Shown here piece after piece: positions 19,339 to 31,577 of a DNA stretch of 64,000 nt. The notes below the pieces were generated by a model, which was not told the origin of the DNA, did no database searches, and saw only the letters and a list, made by a program, of their open reading frames with translations. Numbering within the stretch: the first letter of the stretch is position 1; each line of letters opens with the position of its first letter. The DNA comes from an uncultured Chloroflexia bacterium (lineage in GTDB: Bacteria; Chloroflexota; Limnocylindria; Limnocylindrales; CSP1-4), in assembly GCA_963819655.1 (NCBI GenBank), contig CAWFXA010000002.1, forward strand, positions 1,015,361 through 1,079,360, written 5' to 3'. The translations under genes and the position numbers were made by a program.

Positions 19339-20575
19339 GAGCGGCCGCCTGCCGCCGGTGCCTCGCCGACCAGTCGCGCCGCCGTCCGTAACGTCCCGAC
19401 CGAGACCGGATCGCGGCGACCCGCCTCGATCGCCTCCGCGAGGAGGTCGACGTCCCCGCGACGGGGGGCGAGGAAGTGCCGCTCCAGCGCCTCGACGCCG
19501 TCCTGCCAGACCCGGACGTGGACCGTCTCGGCTTCGGCGGTCACGTCGGCCCGGAGCTCCGAGCCGCGACGCTCGCACAGCAGCTCGACGCGCAGCGTCG
19601 TGCCGGAGGGCATCGACGAGACGACCGGCCTGATCACCACGGACACCTCGGCTCGCCCATCGGACAGGGTGGCTGCCATCCCCCGACTCAGCGTCGGCCG
19701 GCTCGACGAGCCGGCCCGCGGCTTCGATGTGCCCTGGCCCGGTCCCGTCGCGACGGCCAGCGGCTTGACGACGTTCAGCCCGAGGCGCGACGCCAACCAG
19801 GCCACGTGGTAGACAGGTTTCACGAGGTTTGTCGTCCCGGGCGCGCCCGTCTCGTCGTGGGTCCCATACGTCACCGAGATCCGCCGAAGGGAGCGCAGGT
19901 ACGGCAGGAAGTCCGGGTCGTCGAAGATCGATGCGATCGCCTCGCGCCAGCGCGATTGGCGCATCAGGGCGAAATCGCTCACGGCCAGGTTTGCCTTTTC
20001 TGCGACCGACGCCATCTCCGCGAGCCGTGCGAGTCCGTCACCGTCCCACGTCGAGCCGTCCACGACGAGCCTGTCCGACGCCTCGAACAGGTCGATCGAC
20101 GCTTGGGATGAGAACGGCGGCTCGCCCGGCCACCAGACCGTCGTCGGCAGGTCGTGGATTATCAGCGGCGTCACGATCGCCGAGAGGTGTCGCCCGGCTT
20201 CGCCGCCCGCGATCAGGTGGATGGTCTCGGCGCACGTCTCCGGGGCGTCCTCACGCGGCAGGATGCAATGCGCCTCCACGCGCGCGTCGATCCACGACGG
20301 GCCGTCGGGATCCGCTGATTGGACGACGATCGTCCGCGACGGATGTTTGCCGGTCAGCGCCTGGATCGTGGCAGCTCCCCGTTCCGCGATCTCCGGCCGT
20401 CGCGCGATGACGACCAGGTTCATCACGCTCGATCTGGCCGCGACGTGACGGCCGGGCTTGCCCTCCATCCGGGTGGTCAGGTCCTGCCTGGCCCAGATCC
20501 TCGACAGCTCCTTCTCGATGTCGGGGATGCTCCGCGCCCGCGCCGACCAGCGCAGGACCGGCTCGTTGAGTGCGA

Positions 20576-20591
<16 letters not shown>
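19335..20591 (-). CDS. opcA: Glucose-6-phosphate dehydrogenase assembly protein OpcA
   Basis: Sits between zwf and pgl as in actinobacterial OPP operons; start at MATDLVALNE. Confidence 0.75.
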
Positions 20592-22252
<1,661 letters not shown>

Positions 22253-22292
22253 GGCTACGAAACCTCGGGCCGATGGCGTCGCGGGGCTCCGC

Positions 22293-23207
22293 TCATTCCG
22301 TCCTGACCTCGTGGCCGCCGAACTCGTTTCGCAGGGCAGCCAGCACCTTGGCCCCATACGAGTCGTCCTGTCGGGAGCGGAACCTGGTCAGGAGCGACAG
22401 CGTTATCACCGGCGCCGGGACGTCCTTGTCGATGGCCTCCTGGACCGTCCAGCGGCCCTCCCCCAAATCGGCGACCCAGCCCTTCAGGTGCTCGAGGTCC
22501 TGGCCGTTCGTCTTGAAGGCGCGAGCCGCCAGCTCGAGCAGCCACGAGCGCACGACCGAGCCCTGCATCCAGAGGTCAGAGATGGCAGCGAGGTCGAGCG
22601 TGTAGTCGCTCGCGTGCATGATCTCGAAGCCCTCGGCGTACGCCTGCATGAGGCCGTACTCGATGCCGTTGTGGACCATCTTCACGTAGTGCCCGGCGCC
22701 TGGTCCCCCGACATGGAGATAGCCGCCCGGCGGCGCCAGGGTCGTGAAGATCGGCTCGAGCGGTCGGACGGCCTCCTCGTCGCCGCCGACCATCAGGCAA
22801 TAGCCGACCTGCAGGCCCCACACCCCGCCCGATGTCCCCGCATCGACGTAATGGACGCCGTGCTCCTTCAGGGCGTCGTGGCGGCGGACGTCGTCGTGGA
22901 AGTTGGTGTTGCCCCCGTCGATGATCGTGTCGCCCGGCTCGAGGTGCTCGAGCAGCTCGGTGATCTGGGCCTCCGTGGCATCGCCCGCCGGGACCATCAC
23001 CCAGACGGCCCGCGGCTTCTCGAGCTTGGCCACCAGCTCCTCGATCGAGAAGGTCGCCTTCGCTCCGTCGCCCTCTCCCTCGATCTCCTTCGACTTCTCC
23101 GGTGTCCGGTTGTAGACCATGATCTCGTGGCCGTCGCGGACCAGGCGGCGGACCATGTTCGCGCCCATCCGACCGAGACCGATGAAGCCGAGTCGCATGT
23201 GCGTCAC
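22293..23207 (-). CDS. gnd: 6-phosphogluconate dehydrogenase (decarboxylating), short ~300-aa form
   Basis: GFIGLGRMGANM Rossmann motif; GGDEEAVRPLEPIF. Confidence 0.85.
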   Translation of the reverse strand: MTHMRLGFIGLGRMGANMVRRLVRDGHEIMVYNRTPEKSKEIEGEGDGAKATFSIEELVAKLEKPRAVWVMVPAGDATEAQITELLEHLEPGDTIIDGGNTNFHDDVRRHDALKEHGVHYVDAGTSGGVWGLQVGYCLMVGGDEEAVRPLEPIFTTLAPPGGYLHVGGPGAGHYVKMVHNGIEYGLMQAYAEGFEIMHASDYTLDLAAISDLWMQGSVVRSWLLELAARAFKTNGQDLEHLKGWVADLGEGRWTVQEAIDKDVPAPVITLSLLTRFRSRQDDSYGAKVLAALRNEFGGHEVRTE

Positions 23208-24931
23208 ACCTCCGGCAGGTTGGCGAGCGCGCCGTCGAGTGCGCGCTCAAGGGCGGCGAGCCCGGCGTCCACGTCGGCGCCGAGATGGATCCGCAGGATC
23301 GGCAGGTCGTGCGCGGCGATCGCGGCGTGATCGCCGTCGGCCTGCGCGTGGATGAGCTGGCCGAAGGTATACGGCCAGCCCGGGATCGGCCGATCGTTCG
23401 TGTGATCCGCTGTGAGCTGGAGAAACCACCCGATCGGCGGGCCGCCCTTGTGGAGTTGGCCCGTCGAATGGAGGAAACGAGGCCCATAGCCGGCCGTCGT
23501 CGCGTTGCGGGTCGCGTCACGGAGGCGGGACCGGATCCGGGTCATCGCCGCGTCGCGGTCCGACGTCGGGGCGATGAACGCCTGGACGGCAAGGTAGGCG
23601 TGCGGTACCCGCCGGCCGAGGTGATCGCGCAGCCGGTCGGCGAGATTCGCATCGGCGGCGCTCACCTCGGCGTCGTGCGACACCATGCGCTCGCCGAGAT
23701 CGGCCTTGGCGAACGCCTGGCGGGTCATCTCCTTGGACTCCTCGACATTGGGCTGGTCGAACGGGTCGATGCCGAGGACGATGCCGGCGATCGCCGTGGC
23801 CACCTCCCACCGAACGAACTCGGCGCCGAGATCGATCGGATCGGGGACCGTGATTCGGATGACCGGGTGGCCGGCCTTCTCGAGCGCGTCGGCGAGGGCG
23901 TCGCGGCCCCCGTCGGTGCCTCCCTCGAGGGCCATACGAACGATGACCCTGTCGTCACCGTAGGACTCCGGCCGGCCGAGCGGCTCGAGGTCCACAGGCA
24001 CGATCCCAACACCATGCTTGCCTGTGCTCTCGGCGATGAGCTGTTCCGCCCAGGCCCCGAAGGACGCGATGTCGTCGTCGGGCAGGAACGTCAGCTTGTC
24101 GCGGCCGGCGCGAGCCAGCGTGCCGATCGCGATCCCGAGGGACACGCCGGGGTTGGCGTCCGGATCCGGTTCCCGGCACGCGCCGAGCATCGCGCCAGCG
24201 GACGCCAGCAGCGCGTCGAGGTCCAGCCCGATCAATGACGCCGGCACCAGCCCGACGTACGACAGCGCGCTGTAGCGACCGCCGATGTCGGGTGGGTTGA
24301 GGAACACTTCCCGGAAGGCGTCGTGGTGGGGGATCGCCTCGAGGCTTTTCCCGGGATCGGTGATCGCGACGATGAAGGCGCCGGGAGTCTCGTAGACGTG
24401 GTGCTTGACCTTGTCGAGCGCCTCGCTCCCGCGATGCCAGGCCTCCGCGAGGAACGCGTTCGGCTCGACGGTCGTGCCCGACTTGCTCGCCACGATCACG
24501 AGCGTGCGAAACGGATCGAGGTCATCGAAGACGGCCCCGACGGCCTCCGGATCGGTCGAGTCGAGGATGCGCAGGGCGAGGTAGCCATCGGTCGAGCCGA
24601 ATGTCCGATGGAGGACATCCGGTGCGAGGCTGCTGCCCCCCATCCCGGCCACGACGGCGGTCGTGAGGCCGGCGTCGACCACTGCATCGCCGAACCCCTC
24701 GAGAGCCGGGATGTTGTCGATGAAGTCGATCGGGGCGTCGAGCCAGCCCAGGCGATCCGCGATGGCCGCGGCGACCGTCGGGTCGTCCGTCCACAGCGAC
24801 GTGTCGCGGTCGAACAGCCGGACGGCCCATTCGGCGTCGCGGGCGTCATCGACGACCGAGCGATACGCGGCAGCGCCGTCCCCGAGCGCGAATGTCGGGA
24901 CCTGGACGGGGGACGAGACGGGCTCGGTCAT
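23204..24931 (-). CDS. pgi: Glucose-6-phosphate isomerase
   Basis: PGI signatures DIGGRYS and IDPFDQPNVEESKE; SKSGTT motif. Start at MTEPV (24931) with a GGAGG RBS. Confidence 0.85.
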   Translation of the reverse strand: MTEPVSSPVQVPTFALGDGAAAYRSVVDDARDAEWAVRLFDRDTSLWTDDPTVAAAIADRLGWLDAPIDFIDNIPALEGFGDAVVDAGLTTAVVAGMGGSSLAPDVLHRTFGSTDGYLALRILDSTDPEAVGAVFDDLDPFRTLVIVASKSGTTVEPNAFLAEAWHRGSEALDKVKHHVYETPGAFIVAITDPGKSLEAIPHHDAFREVFLNPPDIGGRYSALSYVGLVPASLIGLDLDALLASAGAMLGACREPDPDANPGVSLGIAIGTLARAGRDKLTFLPDDDIASFGAWAEQLIAESTGKHGVGIVPVDLEPLGRPESYGDDRVIVRMALEGGTDGGRDALADALEKAGHPVIRITVPDPIDLGAEFVRWEVATAIAGIVLGIDPFDQPNVEESKEMTRQAFAKADLGERMVSHDAEVSAADANLADRLRDHLGRRVPHAYLAVQAFIAPTSDRDAAMTRIRSRLRDATRNATTAGYGPRFLHSTGQLHKGGPPIGWFLQLTADHTNDRPIPGWPYTFGQLIHAQADGDHAAIAAHDLPILRIHLGADVDAGLAALERALDGALANLPEV

Positions 24932-25010
24932 CGTGGCCTCCGAAGGATTTCCGGGGACCTGCATGGTACTTCCCTCACATCACCCCCGGCCGTGCGTCAC
25001 ACTGCGAGGG

Positions 25011-26165
25011 ATGCGGCGGCCTTGGCTTCGCTTGGGTTCCTTGGCGATCGCGTCGGCGGTGCTGGGCTGCACGCCGGCCCCGTCACCGACCCCACCGATG
25101 ACCCCGCCACCCGTGCCGGCCGACGTCGTGCCGTGGCCGGACGTCGTGTGGTCGACGGCAGAAGTGACCGGTGGCGGACCGGCCGACGACCCGGGCGGCG
25201 GCGAGATGGTCGCCGCAGTCACGGCGGGCCCGAACGGCTTCGTGGCGGTCGGCTACCGGGAGCACGACGCTGTCCGCGACGGCCTGATCTGGTTCTCCGA
25301 GGATGGCGTGTCGTGGACCTCCGTCGGGGCGCCCGGCGCGTTCGACGCCGTGGAGCTGGTCGACGTGGCGACGTCGCCGCGCGGCTTCGTGGCGCTCGGG
25401 GTCGGGCTGTTCGCACCGGCCGCCGACCGCCCGCATGCGGTGTTCCTGCATTCCCCCGACGGCCTCGCGTGGGAGCGCATCGGGGGGGTGCCCGGATCCG
25501 CCGACACGTACCCGGCCTGGGTGACAGGCGGTCTCGACGGTTTCGTGGCGGCCGGCAGCGATGAGAACGGCGCTCCGGCAGTCTGGAGATCCCCGGACGG
25601 AACGACGTTCGAGCGCATGACGATCGAGCTCGCGGCGGACCTGTCGGTCACCGATCCGCATGCCGTCGACGGCGGCTACGTCGCGCTCGGCGGCAGCGGC
25701 AGCCCGCCCGTCCTGCTGCGATCGCCCGATGCGGTCCGCTGGACCGCCACGCCCATCGACATGGCCCCGGACGTCTCTGCGGCACGGCTGATCCCGGGTC
25801 GCTGGGGACTGGTCGTCCAGGGGGCCTGGGCACCGACATGCGCGGCGAACGCGTCCTGCCCGGCCAGCTCGATCGCCTGGTGGTCCGAGGACGGGTCCGC
25901 GTGGGGCCGGCTGCCGGGCGACGGATCGCCCATGTCGAACGGTGGCAGCATCGTCGTCCCGGCCGGCACGCACGGCCTCCTGGCGATCGACGGCGCGAGC
26001 GCCTGGGCGAGCCCCGACGGCTGGGCGTGGCGTCCGTTGCCCGAGCCTGGGGATGGATCGATGCTGATCACCGACGCGGCCGTCGTCGGCGACGAGATCG
26101 TCGCGGTCGGAGCCGTGTATGGCGAGGACGGCATCAGCCGGGGGGCCATCGTCGTTGCGAAGTGA
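25011..26165 (+). CDS. Lipoprotein with repeated beta-propeller-like SPDGxxW/WxSxDG motifs
   Basis: Signal peptide with lipobox MRRPWLRLGSLAIASAVLGC; at least six repeats of the form (F/W)xSxDGxxW. Its stop abuts the convergent rpiB stop with zero spacer. Confidence 0.65.
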   Translation: MRRPWLRLGSLAIASAVLGCTPAPSPTPPMTPPPVPADVVPWPDVVWSTAEVTGGGPADDPGGGEMVAAVTAGPNGFVAVGYREHDAVRDGLIWFSEDGVSWTSVGAPGAFDAVELVDVATSPRGFVALGVGLFAPAADRPHAVFLHSPDGLAWERIGGVPGSADTYPAWVTGGLDGFVAAGSDENGAPAVWRSPDGTTFERMTIELAADLSVTDPHAVDGGYVALGGSGSPPVLLRSPDAVRWTATPIDMAPDVSAARLIPGRWGLVVQGAWAPTCAANASCPASSIAWWSEDGSAWGRLPGDGSPMSNGGSIVVPAGTHGLLAIDGASAWASPDGWAWRPLPEPGDGSMLITDAAVVGDEIVAVGAVYGEDGISRGAIVVAK

Positions 26166-26624
26166 CTAGCGGCCGGCCGCCTCGATCGCCAGGACCTTGG
26201 CGAGTCGTCGCTTGTGCCGCGGCTCGCCGCTGAACGTCGCCGCGAGGAAGGCCAGCGAGCACTCGACGGCGGGCTCCGGTCCGATGACGCGGGCACCGAG
26301 CGTCAGGACGTTCATGTCGTCGTGCTCGACGCCCTGGTGGGCCGAATACGTGTCATGGCATACCGCCGACCTGATCCCGCGCATCTTGTTCGCCGCCACG
26401 CTGGCGCCGACACCCGACCCGCAGATGAGGATCCCGCGATCGGCCTCCCCGGACAGGATCGACTCGCCCAGCCGCTGGGCGAAGTCCGGGTAGTCGTCGT
26501 TCGGGTCGGAGCCGTCGCCGCCCAGGTCGATCAGCTCGTGCCCGACGCCGGCCGCCGCGATCCGCGCGATCAGCTCGTCCTTGAGCCGGGCTCCGGCGTG
26601 ATCCGCCGAGAACGCGACGCGCAT
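26166..26624 (-). CDS. rpiB: Ribose-5-phosphate isomerase B
   Basis: 152 aa: [20 protein letters not shown]...[14 protein letters not shown]; ATGA overlap with the tkt stop. Confidence 0.85.
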   Translation of the reverse strand: MRVAFSADHAGARLKDELIARIAAAGVGHELIDLGGDGSDPNDDYPDFAQRLGESILSGEADRGILICGSGVGASVAANKMRGIRSAVCHDTYSAHQGVEHDDMNVLTLGARVIGPEPAVECSLAFLAATFSGEPRHKRRLAKVLAIEAAGR

Positions 26625-28764
26625 CAGCTGTGGCCCGGATCGGAGTCGTCGGTGCGGTCCACGCCCGCCTCGCCGGAGCGCAGCGTCGGGTGGGCACCGC
26701 TGCCCATGTGGGCAAAGTGCCCGCCCTCGATGGTCCCGATCCGCCCGCGCAGCCCGTCGCGCACGACCCGCCGGCCGACGTCCGCGACGCGGGCCACGGT
26801 GAAGCCGAAGTGCTCGAAGATCGTGCCTGCCGGGAGCCGAGGCGCCGAAGTGGTCGAGCCCGATGATCGCGCCCTCGTCGCCGACCCAGCGCTCCCACCC
26901 GAGCGACACGCCGACCTCGACGCTGACCCGCTTGCGAACGGACGGTGGCAGGACCTCGTCGCGATACGACGCGTCCTGCGCCTCGAAGCGCTCCCAGCAG
27001 GGGAGCGACACGACTCGGGTCGGGATCCCGTCGTCTTCGAGCGCCTCGGCCGCCCCGAAGCCGAGCTGGAGCTCGGAGCCTGTGGCGATGAGGATCAGCG
27101 TCGGCGCACCGCCCTCTGCGTCGACGGAGCACGTAGCCGCCGCGCGCGACGCCCTCGCGCGCCTTGTCGGCCGTGCCGGGGAGGACAGGCAGCTTCTGCC
27201 GGGTGAGGGCCAGTGCGACCGGTCCGTCACGCCGCTCGATCGCAAGGGCCCACGCCGCCGACGTCTCGTTCGCGTCGCCGGGGCGCACGAACCACAGGTT
27301 GGGGATCGCCCGCAACGCCGCGTAATGCTCGACCGGCTGGTGGGTCGGCCCGTCCTCGCCGAGCCCGACCGAGTCGTGCGTCCAGACGTGGATCACGTGC
27401 AACCCGGCCAAGGCGGAAAGGCGGACCGCGCCCCGCATGTAATCGCTGAACGTCAGGAACGTCGCGTCGTACGGGATGAACCCGCCGTGGTAGGCGATGC
27501 CGTTCGCGATCCCGCCCATACCGTGCTCCCGAACCCCGAAGCGCAGGTTCCGACCCGGCTCTTCGGCGCTGAAGTTCGGCTCACCCTTGACGTCGGTCAG
27601 GTTGGACTCGGAGAGGTCCGCCGCACCGCCGAACAGCTCCGGCACCGGCCCGGCAAGTGCCAGGATCGCGTCCTGCGATGCGTTCCGGGTGGCCAGCTCG
27701 GTCCCCGCCTCGTACGTCTTAAGCCCGCCGTCCCACCCAGGCCGCAGCCGCCGGTCCACGCGCCGCAGGAATTCCTCCGCGCGCGCCACGTCGGTCGCCC
27801 CGTACCGGGCCAGCTTCTCGTTCCATTCGTCGACGAGCCGCTCCCCGGCCGGGACCGCCTCGCGGAACACGGCCAATGCGTCGGCCGGCACGTGGAACGT
27901 GGCATCCGGGTTCCAGCCGTAGGCCACCTTCGTCAGGCGCACCTCGTCGGGACCCAGCGGCGCTCCGTGCGCCTTCTGCGAGTCCTGCTTGTTCGGGCTG
28001 CCGTAGCCGATGTGGGTCCGAACGGCGATGAGGCTCGGCCGGTCGTCGGCGTCGCGAGCCGTTTGGATCGCCGATTCGATGGCCGCGATGTCGTTGCCGT
28101 CGGCGACGCGCTGGGTGTGCCAGCCGTAGGCGTCGAAGCGCTTCGGCACGTCCTCCGAGAACGCCATCGCGGTCGGGCCGTCGAGCTGGATGTGGTTGTC
28201 GTCGTACAGGACGATCAACTTGCCGAGGCGCAAGTGGCCCGCGAGGCTCGCCGCCTCCGAGGCGATGCCCTCCTGGAGGTCGCCATCGCTGGCGATCACG
28301 TACGTCCGGTGATCGACGATCCTGCCGCCGTCGCCGTTGAACTCCGCCCCGAGCCTCCGCTCGGCGATGGCCATGCCGACCGCGTTCGCGAAGCCCTGAC
28401 CGAGCGGCCCGGTCGTGGCCTCGACCCCCGGCGTCAGCCCCGACTCCGGATGACCCGGCGTCCGCGAGCCCCACTGGCGGAACCTCGTCAACTCGTCGAG
28501 CGGGAGGTCGTAGCCGGTCAGGTGGAGGAGCGAGTAGAGCAGCATCGAGGCGTGCCCGGCCGACAGGACGAAGCGGTCGCGATCCGGCCAGTCGGGCTGC
28601 GTCGGGGCGTGTCGGAGGAAACGCGTCCAGAGCACGTACGCCATCGGGGCGGCGCCCATCGGGGCGCCCGGGTGTCCTGAGTTCGCCTGCTGGACCGCGT
28701 CGATCGAGAGGGTGCGGATCGTGTCGATCGCGAGGCGGTCGAGGTCGGTCGTCACGGCGGCCAT
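26624..28764 (-). CDS. tkt: Transketolase, with two apparent single-base frameshifts (near 27125 and 26830)
   Basis: The N-terminal ~550 aa are in one frame ([10 protein letters not shown]..., [18 protein letters not shown]). The C-terminal domain continues in a second frame ([18 protein letters not shown]...FGASAP) and finishes in a third ([14 protein letters not shown]...). Both junctions are 1-nt insertions at short homopolymers (CTCCGTC, CCCGGCAGG). Confidence 0.85.
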
Positions 28765-28858
28765 GGGCGGGACTCCGATCGTCGGTGGCGTGAGGGAACC
28801 GAAGGATCTGGAAGGTCCATTGTAGGTGTCACGGTCATCACCGCCTCACGCTCGGACG

Positions 28859-30488
28859 TCACCCGTCGTCCCGCGCTCGATAGGCTGCGGCGATCCGTGC
28901 CGCTTCGTCGGCGGCCCCTTCCGATGCCGTGATCGCCCGCAGGAACGCATCGCGTTCGAGGGCCTGCAACGCGACGTCCGTGACCGCAACGACCGACGCG
29001 GTGCGTGGGATATCGCGGATCAGGGCGAGCTCACCGAACGACGATCCGGGACCGAGCCGGCCGATCACTCTGGCGCCCTGCGAGACCTGGACCTCGCCCT
29101 CCTCGATCGCGTAGAAGTGGTCCCCGACCTCGCCCTCGGTGATCACGGCTGTCCCCGCGGGCAGCGCCTCGGCGGAGAGGGCGGCTGCGGCCGCCTCGAG
29201 CGCCGGCGGTGCCAGCGGTGCGAACAACGGAAGGCGCCGCAACAGCGCGATCTGGCGGAACGGGATCGGATGGGCCGCTTCATCGCGCCCGACGGTCCGG
29301 AAGATGGCCAGTGCGACGAGCGGCAGGGTCAAGGCCGCCGCGACGATGGCGCCACCGAGCCCGACCACGGCGACCAAGGCACCGGCGACCAGCGCCCCCG
29401 TCGCGGCTCCACCCATCGACGCGCCCTCCGCCAGGCCGAAGACGCGCGGAAGGTCCTCGACCGGGACCAGCCGCTGCAACACGGTCCGCACCGCGACGTC
29501 GACGACGGCGAGCCCGATCCCCGCCCCGACCAGCAGGACGAGCGCTGCGGTGCCCTCGCTCACGCGTGCGACCCCGACCACCGGGACGGCCCAGATGCAT
29601 GCACCGATGAGAAGAAGAGGGGTCAGGTGCGGGCGCCCGACGAGGCCAACGGTCAGGGCACCACCGACGACCCAGCCGACTCCGATGGCAGCGGACAGGA
29701 AGCCGGCACCGGCCTGCCCCATGCCGAGGACCTCGATCGACGCAAAGACGAGCAGGACATCCATCGCTGCGGCCACGCCGAACCGCGCAGCGAGCAGCGC
29801 GACGGCCAGGGCCCGTCCCGGCTCCGCCGCACGACTGGATCCGGCTCCGGCGCGCTTCGGTCTGTGCGGGCGGCACAACATCCGATGCCACGTGCACGAC
29901 CGGTCGACTGGCAAGCGAGTGCAAGGGACCGACCAGCAGCGCGGCGATCAGGGTCGCGACGCCGGCGCCCGCGTAGACGGCGGCCGGCGATGCCACCGTC
30001 AGGACCAGGCCACACAGGAGCGGCCCGATCAGGACACCCGTTCCCTCGAGGAGCGTCGAAAGTGCGTTCGCCGCGGTCAGGTGTTCCGCCCGCCCGACGA
30101 CTGCAGGGAGGATCGCGCTCTGGATGGGTCGGATGCTCGTATAGGCCACGACCACGCTGGCGGCGAGGACGTACACGATGAGCGGCGGCAGGCCCACGAA
30201 CATCGCCAACCCGGTGGCGAGCATCGCGGCCCCGGTCGTCGCATATGCCAGCGTCAGCGCGCGGCCGCGCGGCATCCGATCGCCGATCTTCGCCGTCAAC
30301 GGCGCAGCGATGGCGGCAGGCAGCAATTGGGCCACTGCGACGATGCCGACGGACGCCGGGCCGCTCGCCGTGTACGCGTAGACCAGGATGGCGACCCAGA
30401 TCGCCCACTCGCCCGCATTGAAAGCGAGCCATGCGGCTTCGACTCGCCGAACGTCCGCGATCCTCAGCACATCGCGGAACACGGTCAA
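28859..30488 (-). CDS. MFS transporter fused to a C-terminal cyclic-nucleotide-binding domain; apparent frameshift near 29850
   Basis: ORF 29280..30488 encodes TM1-6; ORF 28859..29914 encodes TM7-12 plus a cNMP-binding domain (GSSFGELALIRDIPRTASVVA). The two overlap in different frames. Confidence 0.75.
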
Positions 30489-30627
30489 GGAGCCGGGGAT
30501 TCGGCTGGTCGCGGTCAGTGGGCCATCCTTGCTCGATCGATGACGGAGTGGTCGCGGTCAGGTTAGCCGGATACCCAGAGCGCATTCCGGCACTACCATC
30601 AGGCGGATGCCACGACTGCGGCCAGCC

Positions 30628-31567
30628 ATGTCCCGCCGACCGTCAGCGAGGCCGCGGATCGTGGTCCTCGGCGATCTCGTCGTCGACGTCGTGCTCAAGC
30701 CGGAACGGTCTCTCGAGCATGGGACCGACGTCCCCGGCCGGGTCTTCTTCGTCCAGGGTGGGTCGGCCGCGACTGCGGCTCGCTGGCTCGGGCGGCTCGG
30801 GGCGCGTTCGTCGCTCATCGCGGCGATCGGGCGGGACGCAGCGGGCAGGGCGCTCGTCGAGGCGATCCGCAGCGACGGCGTGACCCCGCGAGTCGTCCGG
30901 GTCGCGGGCGCTCGCACGGGGAGGATCGGCGTCCTCGTCACGCCCGACAGCGAGCGGTCCTTCGTCACCGACCGCGGGGCGGCGCTCGAGCTCCAGCCAG
31001 GCGATCTCAAGCCTGCCTGGTTCGCGCGGTGCAGACGCGCTCCACCTGCCGCTGTACTCGCTCATCGACGAGCCCTTGAGCCTGGCGGGGCGTCGGGCGA
31101 TCGAGCTCGCCCGTGGCTCGAACGCCGCGGTGAGCGTCGATCTCGCGTCGATCGGTCCGTTGCTCTCGCGCGGGCGACGGGCGGCGCGGACCCTCATCGA
31201 GGAGATCGCGCCCGACTTCCTGTTCGCGACCGCCTCGGAGGCGGAGGGTCTCCTCGGCCGGTACGCCGTCGAAGGCCTGCTGGACCTCGCCGGGATCGCC
31301 GTCGTGAAGCGCGGCTCCAAGGGCGCGACGGTCCTGGCGCGCGAGGGCGATGCGCGGCTGCGTTTCGAGGTCGCCACGGAGCCGATCGCGGCGACCGACA
31401 CGACCGGCGCCGGCGACGCGTTCGACGCGGGGTTCCTGGTCGGGTGGTTCACCGCCCGCGCAAGCGGACGGTCGCTGCCGGCGGCGCTCCAGCGAGCTGC
31501 ACTCGCCGGCCACCGCGCGGCGGCGAAGCAGCTCACGTCACCGCGACAGGAGCTTGTCCTCGGCTAG
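30628..31567 (+). CDS. PfkB-family carbohydrate kinase (ribokinase-like); apparent frameshift near 31025
   Basis: N-terminal IVVLGDLVVDVV...GGSAATAA in one frame; C-terminal signature DTTGAGDAFDAGF in the other. Confidence 0.75.
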
Positions 31568-31577
31568 ATCGAGGTCG

